Below, one piece after another: positions 24,954 to 34,296 of a stretch of DNA of 64,000 bases. Source of the DNA: Bdellovibrionota bacterium. GTDB taxonomy: Bacteria > Bdellovibrionota > Bdellovibrionia > Bdellovibrionales > JAMPXM01. The position numbers and the translations under genes were made by a program. The first letter of the stretch is position 1; every line of letters starts with the position of its first letter. The notes below the pieces were generated by a model, which worked only from the letters and a program-made list of their open reading frames with translations, did no database searches and was not told the DNA's origin. Where the stretch lies: contig CAUJGS010000106.1 of the NCBI GenBank assembly GCA_963170185.1, positions 2,905 to 66,904 on the forward strand, written 5' to 3'.

Positions 24954-25979
24954 CTATCGAAGGAAGTCAAGAAGGCTAGGTTGTATGAGTTTACTCGACG
25001 AATCGAGAGACGCTTTTAAGGTACTTTCAGATTTCGTAAGATTCGAGACGAGTTCGAAGGTGTCGACGTCTTCCAGACTCGACGCAAGCGCCTTGGAATC
25101 TACCACTCCCTTGGTCAAGTTCTCGGTCGCGCTGTTTAGCGTCGCAAGCCGCGAACCCACTTCCGAACGCGCCAGTACAACCTGCGCCAAAGCCTCGTCC
25201 AGCCTATCAAGCGAGTCTTGAACACCCTCTTTGAAATTGGTGCGCAAACTCACCTCGAGATCCTGCAAAACGGAGAAGACATTTGTCCCGCTGTTACGCC
25301 ATGTCGCTGAAAGCTGACTTGGAGCAGCTTGGGCCACATTCTCACCCGCAGGCCCCCGAATAGTAGCTTGATTATTAGGCGATACCCCTTCCGGAGCATT
25401 CGGTGACACAGCGGGTGATTTTCCGCGAATACCCAGGCCTAAAAACACCCGACTGCCAGGGACATTGACCGAAACGTCAGCTTCTTTGTTGATCGCGACC
25501 TTCATTTCGCCGGCGTCGCCTCGGTACCCGCCTTGCGGATCAAACGGTGCCTCCGTCGTGCGATAGCCGCCAAAAAGAAAACGATCACCCAGCTTTCGGT
25601 TTCCAACCTGAACCGTTTGCCCGACCAGCTGTTCAACCTCAGTTGCCGTCACGGCACGCGATCCCGCGTTCGCTCCGCCATCCGAGGCCTGAGAAATCGC
25701 AAGCTCTTTTGCGCGCGTGAGAATCTCGGTCAGTTCGGCGAGCGATTGATCGGAATACTCGAGGAACGTCTTCGCCTGATTGATATTCTTGATGTACTGC
25801 TGGCTCGCATGAATATTGGTGCGAGCCGAAAGTACGCGCGTGGTCGCAAGCGGATCGTCGCTTGGCTTGTTGACCCGCTTCTGAGTCGCGGCTTGATTCT
25901 GCAATTCCGAAAGCTCACCGCGGTTTTTTTGCAAACCGGAGTTCACTTGGTCGAAATTCATTTTGTCCGCGATCCGCAT
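24954..25979 (-). CDS. flgL: flagellar hook-associated protein 3
   Basis: It has flagellin-like N- and C-terminal helices (..NKPSDDPLATTRVL.. and ..LSLRTNFKEG..). It lies directly after flgK. Confidence 0.85.
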   Translation of the reverse strand: MRIADKMNFDQVNSGLQKNRGELSELQNQAATQKRVNKPSDDPLATTRVLSARTNIHASQQYIKNINQAKTFLEYSDQSLAELTEILTRAKELAISQASDGGANAGSRAVTATEVEQLVGQTVQVGNRKLGDRFLFGGYRTTEAPFDPQGGYRGDAGEMKVAINKEADVSVNVPGSRVFLGLGIRGKSPAVSPNAPEGVSPNNQATIRGPAGENVAQAAPSQLSATWRNSGTNVFSVLQDLEVSLRTNFKEGVQDSLDRLDEALAQVVLARSEVGSRLATLNSATENLTKGVVDSKALASSLEDVDTFELVSNLTKSESTLKASLDSSSKLIQPSLLDFLR

Positions 25980-26020
25980 ATCATCCTTCGATCAATTCAA
26001 CGCCACCAGGCGTTTAATAT

Positions 26021-27445
26021 CTAAAGTCGTTTTAAGTTCAAAACCGTATCGAACATTTCATCGGCGGTACGAATCAAACGCGCGCTTGCATCGAACGCCT
26101 TTTGATGTTCGATCAACTTCGTCGCCTCTTCATCAAGACTCACGCCACTGATGCTCTCTCGAATATTCGAAAGCTGCTTCACGATATCGCGCTGGGTTTC
26201 GCTTGCCGTTTCCGCGCGTTTGGCGTGAATACCGACCTTGCCGACGATGCTGTTGTAGAACTCGTCAAGCGTGCTATCGCCGCCCATCACCTTGTCCTGC
26301 TGCAAACGAGCCATCTGAAGCGCTACGCGATTATCCCCAGGCGCCGCCATCTGCCCGCCTGTGGCAATTCGTCCGACGTCGTCCATAATGCCCCGGTTGA
26401 CCTTGAGATTGGCCGAGGCATGCTTCACATCCGTAGGCAGCTCGAAGAAGTCGAGATTCGTGCGACTGTAGGCGTCGTAACCTTGACGATGGACCTCGTT
26501 CATCGTCGCCGCAAACGAGTAAGCCATCTTGTCGAGATCGCCCATGAGATCCGAAATCACCTTGTCGCGAACATCGAGAAGACCACCGATTTTCCCACCG
26601 ACGACTTGCTCCGTGACGGCAACCGGTGTCGCACGCTCGCTATTGAGATAAAAAATGTCGACGTTGCCTTCGCCCTTGCTGCCTTTTTCCGGCGTGCCGC
26701 TGGCTTCGAGGCGTTTTGCATCGTAGCCCGCAACCAAGACCGCCGTATTGCCGGCTGTGATCGTCACCGTCGAGTCTTTGCCCTCGGCCCAGCGGATATT
26801 GATACGATCGCCAATCTGCTTGATCAAAAGATCGCGACGATCGCGCTCATCATTGGCGTGACCGCCAGAGAGCTCCACTTGTTGAACCTTTTCGTTCAAA
26901 GTCGCGATCTCTTTGGCCATCTCGTTGACCTCTTCCAACTGACTGATGATCTGCTGGTCGAGATCGCGCGTGATGTCGCGAAGCTGCGAATGCACGCGCT
27001 TGAAATCTTTGGTTAAGAAGTCCGCCGACTCACGCACCTGTGTACGCGTCGCAAGACTCTCGGGGTTATTGGCCATCTCTTGGACGGAACTAAAAAAGTC
27101 CGCCATGAACTGGTTCAAACCCTTGTTCTGTTGTTCGTTATAAACCTGCTCGACGCGGCCCATGCCCTCGGCTTTGCCATCGTGAAAGCCCGCGAGCGAA
27201 CGTTCATTGCCGATTTGACGTTCAAGGAACGGGTTATTAACTCGGGTAACGGCGGCCGTGCGTGCCCCCATGCCGTATCGAGTTTTACCTTGGCCCACTG
27301 GAACATTGGTTTGAATTTCGACACGCTGACGGGAGAAGCCGTCGACGTTTTTGCTGGCGATGTTATGTCCTGACGTCTGGAGCGCGGTCTGACTATTCAT
27401 CATCGACCGTTTTCCAATATCCATCATTCCATGGATCTTAGACAT
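26021..27445 (-). CDS. flgK: flagellar hook-associated protein 1
   Basis: The N-terminus reads ..ALQTSGHNIASKNVDGFSRQRV. The C-terminus reads ISGVSLDEEATKLIEHQKAFDASARLIRTADEMFDTVLNL. Confidence 0.88.
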   Translation of the reverse strand: MSKIHGMMDIGKRSMMNSQTALQTSGHNIASKNVDGFSRQRVEIQTNVPVGQGKTRYGMGARTAAVTRVNNPFLERQIGNERSLAGFHDGKAEGMGRVEQVYNEQQNKGLNQFMADFFSSVQEMANNPESLATRTQVRESADFLTKDFKRVHSQLRDITRDLDQQIISQLEEVNEMAKEIATLNEKVQQVELSGGHANDERDRRDLLIKQIGDRINIRWAEGKDSTVTITAGNTAVLVAGYDAKRLEASGTPEKGSKGEGNVDIFYLNSERATPVAVTEQVVGGKIGGLLDVRDKVISDLMGDLDKMAYSFAATMNEVHRQGYDAYSRTNLDFFELPTDVKHASANLKVNRGIMDDVGRIATGGQMAAPGDNRVALQMARLQQDKVMGGDSTLDEFYNSIVGKVGIHAKRAETASETQRDIVKQLSNIRESISGVSLDEEATKLIEHQKAFDASARLIRTADEMFDTVLNLKRL

Positions 27446-27539
27446 GTTTCACCAACATCCCGACGTCCTTGTCTGTTAAGTCGATCGCATCCTGCGACCG
27501 TGCTAGCTTCACAAAGAACCCCTACGCCAAAGGCGTGCC

Positions 27540-28091
27540 TTAGGCCTCTCTGCTGACCAGCGCCCCACCTTCAGTTTTCCCCGAAGCCATAGAGCCTTTT
27601 TTCTCATAAGTCGAAGCCGGCTGAAGGCCGTCTTTAATGGCCTCCATCGCTCCTGTAATCGAACGCAAAGCCGACTGTACCAGCTCTTCGTTTTGTTTGT
27701 TCACTTCCGACACACGACGAACGAGAAGTTCCAATACCGAATGCATATTGCGCAAACGATCTCCACGATCCACTGGGAGATTCGCCGCGATTTCCAAAAG
27801 ACGAGGTTGATCCACATCCGACGATGTCAACACCGCGAGATCGCGCGCGAGTTTCGTGCGGCTGTTCTCGAGAGTTCGGATCCTCACCAGCAAGGCGTCC
27901 TTGGTTTTATTGTTTTCGTTGAGTTCGTCGAGACGGCTTTCGACAAGAATTTCTTTTTCGCGACGAACGACTTCCAGGAGAGATCGATAGATCTTCACCA
28001 AGTCTTCCAAGCAAGAGACGAGTTCGCGATAAGTATCTGGTTTGCTTGAATCGGTTTTGCCAGAATCGATTTTACTAGTGTCTTGAGTCAC
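27540..28091 (-). CDS. flgN: FlgN-family flagellar chaperone (probable)
   Basis: 183-aa helical protein with a GTG start, sitting in the canonical flgM-flgN-flgK position. This is a positional and compositional call only. Confidence 0.55.
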   Translation of the reverse strand: MTQDTSKIDSGKTDSSKPDTYRELVSCLEDLVKIYRSLLEVVRREKEILVESRLDELNENNKTKDALLVRIRTLENSRTKLARDLAVLTSSDVDQPRLLEIAANLPVDRGDRLRNMHSVLELLVRRVSEVNKQNEELVQSALRSITGAMEAIKDGLQPASTYEKKGSMASGKTEGGALVSREA

Positions 28092-28183
28092 TTTCGCCTT
28101 TCTTCCTTGAGAGGCACTGTTCCACGTAGCAGTAATCAGCGTCTTGTATCAAACATCTCTTTAACTAACGAAACGCCAAACGA

Positions 28184-28516
28184 TTACTCGTTCATTTTCA
28201 TTTGTTCATCGACGAGCTTATCGGCAATCGCGCGAGCGTCAACTTTGTATTGCCCGCTGTCGATCAAAGCCTGAAGACGGGCAACCTTCGCATCATCCAC
28301 GCCATTGCTTGGAGTCGCGAGTTCTTTTGCGCGTTTCATCTCTTGCGCACGCGCCGAGAGATCCACTTTCGCGGAGTTTCCAACTGAGGCACCTAGTGCT
28401 TCGGCTGCGGCCGAGCGCGAATTTTTTGAAACCTCTTTTGCTCCCGAAGCGGCTGTCGTGTTTGACGCTGCTCCAGCTCCTGCGAGATTTCCCGGGCCCG
28501 AATTTGAGACTTTCAT
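28184..28516 (-). CDS. flgM: anti-sigma-28 factor FlgM
   Basis: The C-terminus reads VDDAKVARLQALIDSGQYKVDARAIADKLVDE. GGAGG lies 6 nt upstream of the ATG at 28516 (MKVSNS..), which I prefer over the ORF-track start at 28534. Confidence 0.8.
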   Translation of the reverse strand: MKVSNSGPGNLAGAGAASNTTAASGAKEVSKNSRSAAAEALGASVGNSAKVDLSARAQEMKRAKELATPSNGVDDAKVARLQALIDSGQYKVDARAIADKLVDEQMKMNE

Positions 28517-28579
28517 GTCATCCTCCGCGGTCATTGACTCTTCTAAAGTGTATCACATTGAGACGGTTTTCCACGAGAC

Positions 28580-29458
28580 CTAAAGACCAGAATTCGAATT
28601 TATAGGCTCCTGGACCTTGGTCGGTGTCTCGTCTCTTTCCCGCTCTGGCCGAAGGTTTGCGATCTCCTGCCGAATCAAAATACCTCTGGCTTGAGGAGAC
28701 AAGTGACCGACGATCTGACCGGCTCTCAAGGCCTGCCCAGAGGTCACGTCGGCCGTTACACCGTCAAACGCCATCTCCACTTTACGAGGTCCTGCAACCA
28801 CGAGACCAAGCAGCACTTTTCCACCCTCAGACTTCACATTGTCCACGGTCGCATCCCAGGGCAGGCGCACGGCTTCTGGACCATCGGCTTTCGCCTGTCG
28901 GGTTTTTGCTAAACTCACCAAAACTGTCTCGGTGCCGGCCTTCGCCGCCCCCAAACCAGACGACGCCAAACCGGGAAGGCGTCGAACATGCAACACATCG
29001 CGATCGGTAAGGGCTATTGGAGTTCGTGCCTGCTTCCCCTGAGCGCGAGCTTGCCGATAGGCCTCTTGGCGTCGCTTTGCCATTTCAGCTTTTCCCATAA
29101 GCTCGTCATGAATCATATCCGCCAAACCAATCCCGCCGGACTCCGTCCACGAATCGACGTACTGATCGTCCAATTGATCGCGGTAGATCTCTTCTCCCAT
29201 AGAGGGCTTTTGCAAATCGGAATACGAAACCGTTCCGCGCATGGCTTTTACCATTTGATTGAGAAAATACTTTTCGTACATGCGAGCCGCATCAAGCACA
29301 CGCTGATCGCGCACGACAGGAGTCGCCTTGGCTTGCTCCATCGATGCCTGTTTGGGAACTTCTGTTTCCGCAAGACTCGTATTGAGGTGGAAGATTTGAA
29401 GGCCTACGAAAGTGAGGCCGAAAAAAAATGGGTAGGTGGATCGGAGAGCGATGCGCAT
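28580..29458 (-). CDS. flgJ: FlgJ-like rod-binding protein with a degenerate LytM/M23-like C-terminal domain
   Basis: AARMYEKYFLNQMVKAMRGTV ... EIYRDQLDDQYVDSWTESGGIGLADMI is a Rod-binding domain. The C-terminus ..VTADVTSGQALRAGQIVGHLSPQARGILIRQE resembles the M23 core but lacks the HxH metal motif. The start is taken at MRIALRS (TM/signal), because the upstream 94 codons are rich in rare AGA/AGG/CTA/TTA codons. Confidence 0.7.
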   Translation of the reverse strand: MRIALRSTYPFFFGLTFVGLQIFHLNTSLAETEVPKQASMEQAKATPVVRDQRVLDAARMYEKYFLNQMVKAMRGTVSYSDLQKPSMGEEIYRDQLDDQYVDSWTESGGIGLADMIHDELMGKAEMAKRRQEAYRQARAQGKQARTPIALTDRDVLHVRRLPGLASSGLGAAKAGTETVLVSLAKTRQAKADGPEAVRLPWDATVDNVKSEGGKVLLGLVVAGPRKVEMAFDGVTADVTSGQALRAGQIVGHLSPQARGILIRQEIANLRPERERDETPTKVQEPINSNSGL

Positions 29459-29758
29459 CCTGCGCTTTTCACAGATAAAGCCTAAAGAAGTCGCCTTTCC
29501 TAGCGCACTGACTCTATGCCCCTGTTCCCTGCTCGAAACGGCTCTGCTCTTAAACCATCCTTGGTTGAACGAACTCCAACCCACCGTACCCCAGAGGTGC
29601 CACATCCATGTTGCACCCCGTTCTTTTATTTTATGATCCTCTGCTTCAATTCGAAACACTTTCGCGGTCGAGGCCAGTCCGGTCTTGCGTGTCTCTCCAC
29701 CATTTCTGGCCGATTGACGGGCCTTACACTTCATCGACACCGGACTCGCTCCCCGCGG

Positions 29759-30802
29759 TTAAAGAATTTCGAGCTCGCCCTGAAGCGCGCCCGCTGCCTT
29801 AATGTTCTGTAAAACCGTAATCAAATCGCGGGGCGCAACACCAAGCTGATTCAGTGACTTCACCAAGTCCCCGACACTCGTACCGGAATCAAAAACAGCG
29901 ACCCGGTCACCATCTTTTGATTTGGTGTTGCTGCCGGCCACTTTCACCGTGAGATCTCCGTGACTGATGGCGACTCGAGAAATTCGAACCGTGTCACCAA
30001 TGACAACCGTTCCAGTCTTTTCATTCACAAGAACGCGCGCGCGCGAATCCGGGGTCACTTCTAAAGCCTCGATCGTGGCAAGCAGCTCGACGGCACGGCC
30101 TTCATAGGAAAACGGCACGATGATATCGACGGTGCCGGCATCTTTCGCCGTCGCATATTTCCCAGAGAGATCCATATTGATTCGCTTCGAAAGGCGAGCC
30201 GCCGTTGTGAAATCTGGATTGTGAAGCGTCAAACGAAACATTTTCCGCGACGTGAAATCTTCGGCGACATCGCGCTCAATGATGGCGCCGTTTGGAATTC
30301 GACCGGCGGTCGAATGGCTGTCAGCACCCGTCCCAATTAGCAGTGACCCCTGCGCCACGGCGTAGGTGTTCTGATCTGCGGCACGCAGTGGGGATTGAAT
30401 CAGCGTACCACCAGCCAGCGAGGTCGCGTCCCCGATTGAGTTCACCGTGATATCGATTTTATTTCCCGCGCGTGCAAAAGGCGGAAGCGATGCCGTGATA
30501 ATGACAGCGGCCACGTTCTTCGACGCGACCTCTTTGTCTTCGACTTTCATTCCAAGCTTATCGAGCATGCGAAGGATCGACTTGTTGGTAAACTCCGCTT
30601 TCGAGTCGCCCGTTCCCTTAAGACCTACAACGACTCCGTAACCGATCAATTGGTTGTCGCGTACGCCGCGCACGTTGGCGATGTCCTTGATACGAGCCGC
30701 CTCAGCCTTAGGCAACACAAGGAAGATCGAGAGCAGGGCCGCAAAACCAAGAAGACCCAGCTGCAAAAGCACGACACGAAATGCCGTTTGACCGATTGTC
30801 AT
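29759..30802 (-). CDS. flgI: flagellar P-ring protein
   Basis: It has a signal peptide followed by ARIKDIANVRGVRDNQLIGYGVVVGLKGTGD. The C-terminus reads ..LITVLQNIKAAGALQGELEIL. Confidence 0.92.
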   Translation of the reverse strand: MTIGQTAFRVVLLQLGLLGFAALLSIFLVLPKAEAARIKDIANVRGVRDNQLIGYGVVVGLKGTGDSKAEFTNKSILRMLDKLGMKVEDKEVASKNVAAVIITASLPPFARAGNKIDITVNSIGDATSLAGGTLIQSPLRAADQNTYAVAQGSLLIGTGADSHSTAGRIPNGAIIERDVAEDFTSRKMFRLTLHNPDFTTAARLSKRINMDLSGKYATAKDAGTVDIIVPFSYEGRAVELLATIEALEVTPDSRARVLVNEKTGTVVIGDTVRISRVAISHGDLTVKVAGSNTKSKDGDRVAVFDSGTSVGDLVKSLNQLGVAPRDLITVLQNIKAAGALQGELEIL

Positions 30803-31569
30803 AGCGTCGATCCTTTCCGAGAACTCACGATATCGAATTGCGAATCAAGAAGTTTGGAGGCGTCGATGCCGTTGTCATCGAAGTCCTCTTGGCGAACAAC
30901 ACCCGTGACGATCACGCGATACTCACGACGACCGATCATGAAGGGCTGTACGCCCTTCACGCGGTAACTGCCGTCTTTGAGCTGTTCAACAATGCGCGTG
31001 GGCACCGTTTGAATCGTCGAGATCGGATCTTTTGGATCAAACGTACCGGCCTTTTCGTTACCTGCGACTTGCGTCGACTGCGCGTCGGCGCCAACTCCGG
31101 CGGCCGCGCCGTCGCCGGCTGCCGGTGGAGTCGCTGGGTTCGCCGCGCCAGTCGCCGCCGGTCCGCGAACCGCTTGCGCGCCCGTTGTGCGAGGTGCTTC
31201 CAACCGCTCGAGGAGTTTTGAAATCACGCGCACCTTGCTGCTGAGCTGCTGTTTGGGACTACCTTCGACACGCACATTTAGAAGATCACCCATCATGCGC
31301 GTTTGATTTTGCGCAAAGAGATAGGCACCTTGACCTTCCATCACCCAGAGCGAACCGGCTTGCGCACCGACTTCCGCCTCTTCCTCGAAACGATTGCGGT
31401 TCATGCGCCGATACTTGCGATCCGACTCGAACGGCAGGTTGTCGCGATCCGAATAGCGCGTCACTTTTGGTTGCTCGCCCTTCACAGCCCGCTGCAGGCT
31501 GGAACAGCCGACAAGGCCACTTGCCGCTATCAAGACACTTATCGAAATGAGTTTAGCGAATTTCAACAA
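30799..31569 (-). CDS. flgH: flagellar L-ring lipoprotein
   Basis: It has the lipobox LVGCSS, SLWVMEGQGAYLFAQNQTRMMGDLLNVRV, and the C-terminus ..LLDSQFDIVSSRKGS. It overlaps flgI by 4 nt. Confidence 0.88.
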   Translation of the reverse strand: MLKFAKLISISVLIAASGLVGCSSLQRAVKGEQPKVTRYSDRDNLPFESDRKYRRMNRNRFEEEAEVGAQAGSLWVMEGQGAYLFAQNQTRMMGDLLNVRVEGSPKQQLSSKVRVISKLLERLEAPRTTGAQAVRGPAATGAANPATPPAAGDGAAAGVGADAQSTQVAGNEKAGTFDPKDPISTIQTVPTRIVEQLKDGSYRVKGVQPFMIGRREYRVIVTGVVRQEDFDDNGIDASKLLDSQFDIVSSRKGSTL

Positions 31570-32584
31570 GGCCTCTCTCCTTTAATACACCTGATATCTG
31601 CTTCTTCAATTTACCAACCCGGACCTGAACGGTTTCGCCGATGGCCGCCGCCGAAAGCGCAACACCTTCAGCCGTGATCGTGAACGCCTCATCACCGGCT
31701 TGCACGCGAACGATGTCGCCGTAGCGAACCACTTGCTCTTTTCGCAACGAAGATCTCCAAACCGGCTCACCCGAAGAAAAATTGCGAGCGGCGACCCCAA
31801 TATCCAAGTCGCTCGAGGTAGCGGGTTCGTCGCTTGCGAAACTCACATTTCGACGTTCCATGCGCCGATCTTCCGGACTGATTTTCTCGCCACCCTGCAC
31901 GGCACGCGTAAGTACCGGCACCGTTCTATAGAACTCAACCGTACCGGAAATCATCATAGAGCGCCGCGTGCCGTTGGTGAGATCAATCTTAAGCGGCCAC
32001 GCGAAACTTCCTCGAGGTCTTTCGTTGCGACTTACGATCGTCCAATCACGAACGTGTTGAGCCTCTCCGGCATCCGCCTGAATGCGAATCAAACGCTTGG
32101 CTTCTGCCGGCAATTCGAGCGAACGGATTTGAACCTCGCAGTCCTCACATTTCTTTTGCAGCTCGGCACGTAAGGCTCTTTCAATTTCGTTTGCCGTGAA
32201 TGACGAATTACGAAACACACGCGATCGACGAGGCACTTTCCAGTCACTGGAAAAACCGGCGGCCGCCAAACGCCGTTCGGCTTCCGCCACGATAGGCTCA
32301 AGCCCCTCTTGAGTGAACAAACGCTCTTCACCAACCGCCGGACGATCCGTCAACGCCACCTGACGCAGGTGGCGCTCGACTTCGGCGCGGTCTTGTTCGC
32401 GAACAGCTTTGAGATCAACAAGTTCAGCCAGACTCAGTTCGCGACTTAAACCTTCAGCGGAAGAAAGCTGAACAGCGGGTCGCACGGCGATCATCACGGA
32501 CTTGGATTCGCGCGACTCAGCCATCGCCGAACCGGCCGCGAGAATCGTGAGCATAAGAAAAAGGGCCTGAAGAACGGCAGTCAT
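31553..32584 (-). CDS. flgA: flagellar P-ring assembly chaperone FlgA (long form)
   Basis: It has a signal peptide and a C-terminal SAF-like segment, VVRYGDIVRVQAGDEAFTITAEGVALSAAAIGETVQVRV. It lies between flgG and flgH. Confidence 0.75.
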   Translation of the reverse strand: MTAVLQALFLMLTILAAGSAMAESRESKSVMIAVRPAVQLSSAEGLSRELSLAELVDLKAVREQDRAEVERHLRQVALTDRPAVGEERLFTQEGLEPIVAEAERRLAAAGFSSDWKVPRRSRVFRNSSFTANEIERALRAELQKKCEDCEVQIRSLELPAEAKRLIRIQADAGEAQHVRDWTIVSRNERPRGSFAWPLKIDLTNGTRRSMMISGTVEFYRTVPVLTRAVQGGEKISPEDRRMERRNVSFASDEPATSSDLDIGVAARNFSSGEPVWRSSLRKEQVVRYGDIVRVQAGDEAFTITAEGVALSAAAIGETVQVRVGKLKKQISGVLKERGLVEIR

Positions 32585-32591
32585 CTTATCC

Positions 32592-33377
32592 TTAACGAAG
32601 TTGATTCACAGACTGAAGCATCTGATCCGAAGCTTGGATCACTTTCGAATTAGTCTCGTACGCGCGTTGAGCCGTGATCATGTTCACCATCTCATCGACG
32701 ATGTTGACGTTCGACGACTCGACCTGCCCCTGAGCGAGTTCACCCAAACCATTGAGTCCAGGCGTCCCTTGCACAGGAAGTCCGCTCGATCCGGTGGGCA
32801 TGAAAACGTTTTTTCCCATCGCTCTGAGGCCCGCCGGATTCACGAAGTTCACGATCTGAATCTGACCGATTGGCTGCGGAACCATGTTGTTGCCGACTGT
32901 CACCGAAACCTGTCCGCTTGGGGCGATATCGATACCTTGAGCGTTTTGCGGAATAACGATTTCCGGCTGAAGAGGGTTTCCATTTTTGTCGACCATGCGG
33001 CCTTGAGGATCTTTTTTGAACTGGCCATCACGCGTGTAACCGATTTGACCATCTGGCAATTGCACCGGGAAAAATCCGGCACCTTCGATCTGCACGTCGA
33101 GCGGGTTTTTGGTGATCTTGCCGGCTCCGATATCAAAGTCTTTTTGAATCGCGGCTGTGCGAACACCGAGTCCGGTTTGCACACCGGTGGGTGAAATCGC
33201 ATTCATACCCGAAACGGCGCCCGGCTCTTTTAGAGTCTGGTACATGAGATCTTCGAATTCGGCGCGCGACTTCTTAAAGCCCGTCGTGGAGACGTTCGCC
33301 AAGTTGTTGGCGATGACGTCCATGTTCGTCTGCTGAGCCTGCATGCCGGTAGCGGCCGTCGAAAGCGACTTAATCAT
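32592..33377 (-). CDS. flgG: flagellar distal rod protein
   Basis: MIKSLSTAATGMQAQQTNMDVIANNLANVSTTGFK at the N-terminus and ..VESSNVNIVDEMVNMITAQRAYETNSKVIQASDQML at the C-terminus. Confidence 0.92.
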   Translation of the reverse strand: MIKSLSTAATGMQAQQTNMDVIANNLANVSTTGFKKSRAEFEDLMYQTLKEPGAVSGMNAISPTGVQTGLGVRTAAIQKDFDIGAGKITKNPLDVQIEGAGFFPVQLPDGQIGYTRDGQFKKDPQGRMVDKNGNPLQPEIVIPQNAQGIDIAPSGQVSVTVGNNMVPQPIGQIQIVNFVNPAGLRAMGKNVFMPTGSSGLPVQGTPGLNGLGELAQGQVESSNVNIVDEMVNMITAQRAYETNSKVIQASDQMLQSVNQLR

Positions 33378-33389
33378 CTAGTTACTCCT

Positions 33390-34184
33390 CTAGCCCTGAT
33401 TCAATTTCGGAACTTCGTTAACGACTTTGCCAGCCATCTGGTCGTAGGCCTGAATAGCCTTCTGCGTACTCTCAAATGTGCGCGTGGCCGCGATCATGTC
33501 CGTCATCTCGCGGATGACGTTCACGTTGCTGCCTTCTAAGAATCCCTGACTGATTTTCGCATCCGCCGACGGCGACATGCGTGGCTCCAGCCCGTCGCGA
33601 AGAGAAAAGAGGTTGGCACCCTGCTTCGCAAGCGCATCCTTATTGCCGACCGAAGTCAGAGCGATTTGCCCGAGACTCTGGCCGCGGTCAAAAACCTCAC
33701 CATTGGAGGAAATCGTGATATCGGCACTGGTGAAGCGAAATTCGCCGCCGCCTTGGCGCTGCACCGGATAACCTTGTTTCGTGATCAAACGACCATCGCC
33801 ATCAACGGAAAAGTTACCTGCGCGCGTGAAGCGGAGGCCGTCTGGAGTTGCAACTTCAAAGAAAGCGTCGCCTTCGATAGCGAAATCAAGCTTGTTACCC
33901 GTCTGACGAATCGTTCCTTGCGAAAAGTCCGAGTACGACCCGTCGAGATCGACATACGACTTGTCGCCGCCATTTAGCGCATAAAACGACTCGATCGTCG
34001 CCGCGACTCGAGGCGCTTCTATTGTTCCGGGTTCTTTGTTGTAAGACGTCAGATATTCGCGAAAGAGCTGGCCGTCGCGCTTAAAGCCGGTCGTGTTCAC
34101 GTTCGCAAGATTGTTGGCTACGGTGTCGAGTCGCGCCGATTGCGCCATCGCTCCGCTCACCGCCGTGAAGATCCCTTTGCTCAT
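33390..34184 (-). CDS. flgF: flagellar proximal rod protein (FlgF/FlgG family)
   Basis: ..AVSGAMAQSARLDTVANNLANVNTTGFKRD.. at the N-terminus and ..LEGSNVNVIREMTDMIAATRTFESTQKAIQAYDQM at the C-terminus. AGGAGG lies 4 nt upstream of the ATG. Confidence 0.85.
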   Translation of the reverse strand: MSKGIFTAVSGAMAQSARLDTVANNLANVNTTGFKRDGQLFREYLTSYNKEPGTIEAPRVAATIESFYALNGGDKSYVDLDGSYSDFSQGTIRQTGNKLDFAIEGDAFFEVATPDGLRFTRAGNFSVDGDGRLITKQGYPVQRQGGGEFRFTSADITISSNGEVFDRGQSLGQIALTSVGNKDALAKQGANLFSLRDGLEPRMSPSADAKISQGFLEGSNVNVIREMTDMIAATRTFESTQKAIQAYDQMAGKVVNEVPKLNQG

Positions 34185-34280
34185 CCGTCCTCCTGACGTT
34201 GGTCGAGGTCTAGCTGCTATCCTTCAGCCGTTTAAGTCCGCCACCTAGTCGCTACGACTTGGACCTCACCTAAAAAGGTG

Positions 34281-34296
34281 AGCAAGCCCGGTGCCA
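34281..34296 (-). promoter_or_regulatory. sigma-54 (-24/-12) promoter upstream of flgF
   Basis: The minus strand reads TGGCAC-CGGGC-TTGCT. This exactly fits TGGCAC-N5-TTGCW with GG-N10-GC spacing. It lies about 97 nt upstream of the flgF ATG. Confidence 0.7.

Noticed and set aside
28136-28163. A possible sigma-28 promoter in the flgM-flgN spacer. The minus strand reads TAAAG-N15/16-GACGCTGA.
   Set aside because: Only 5 of 8 positions match in the -10 element, and the spacer is one nucleotide long. It is plausible by position but too weak to list as a feature.
28580-29740. The 386-aa long form of the FlgJ-like ORF.
   Set aside because: The extra 94 N-terminal codons are Trp-rich and rich in rare codons, and they precede a typical signal or anchor sequence that starts at the ATG at 29458.
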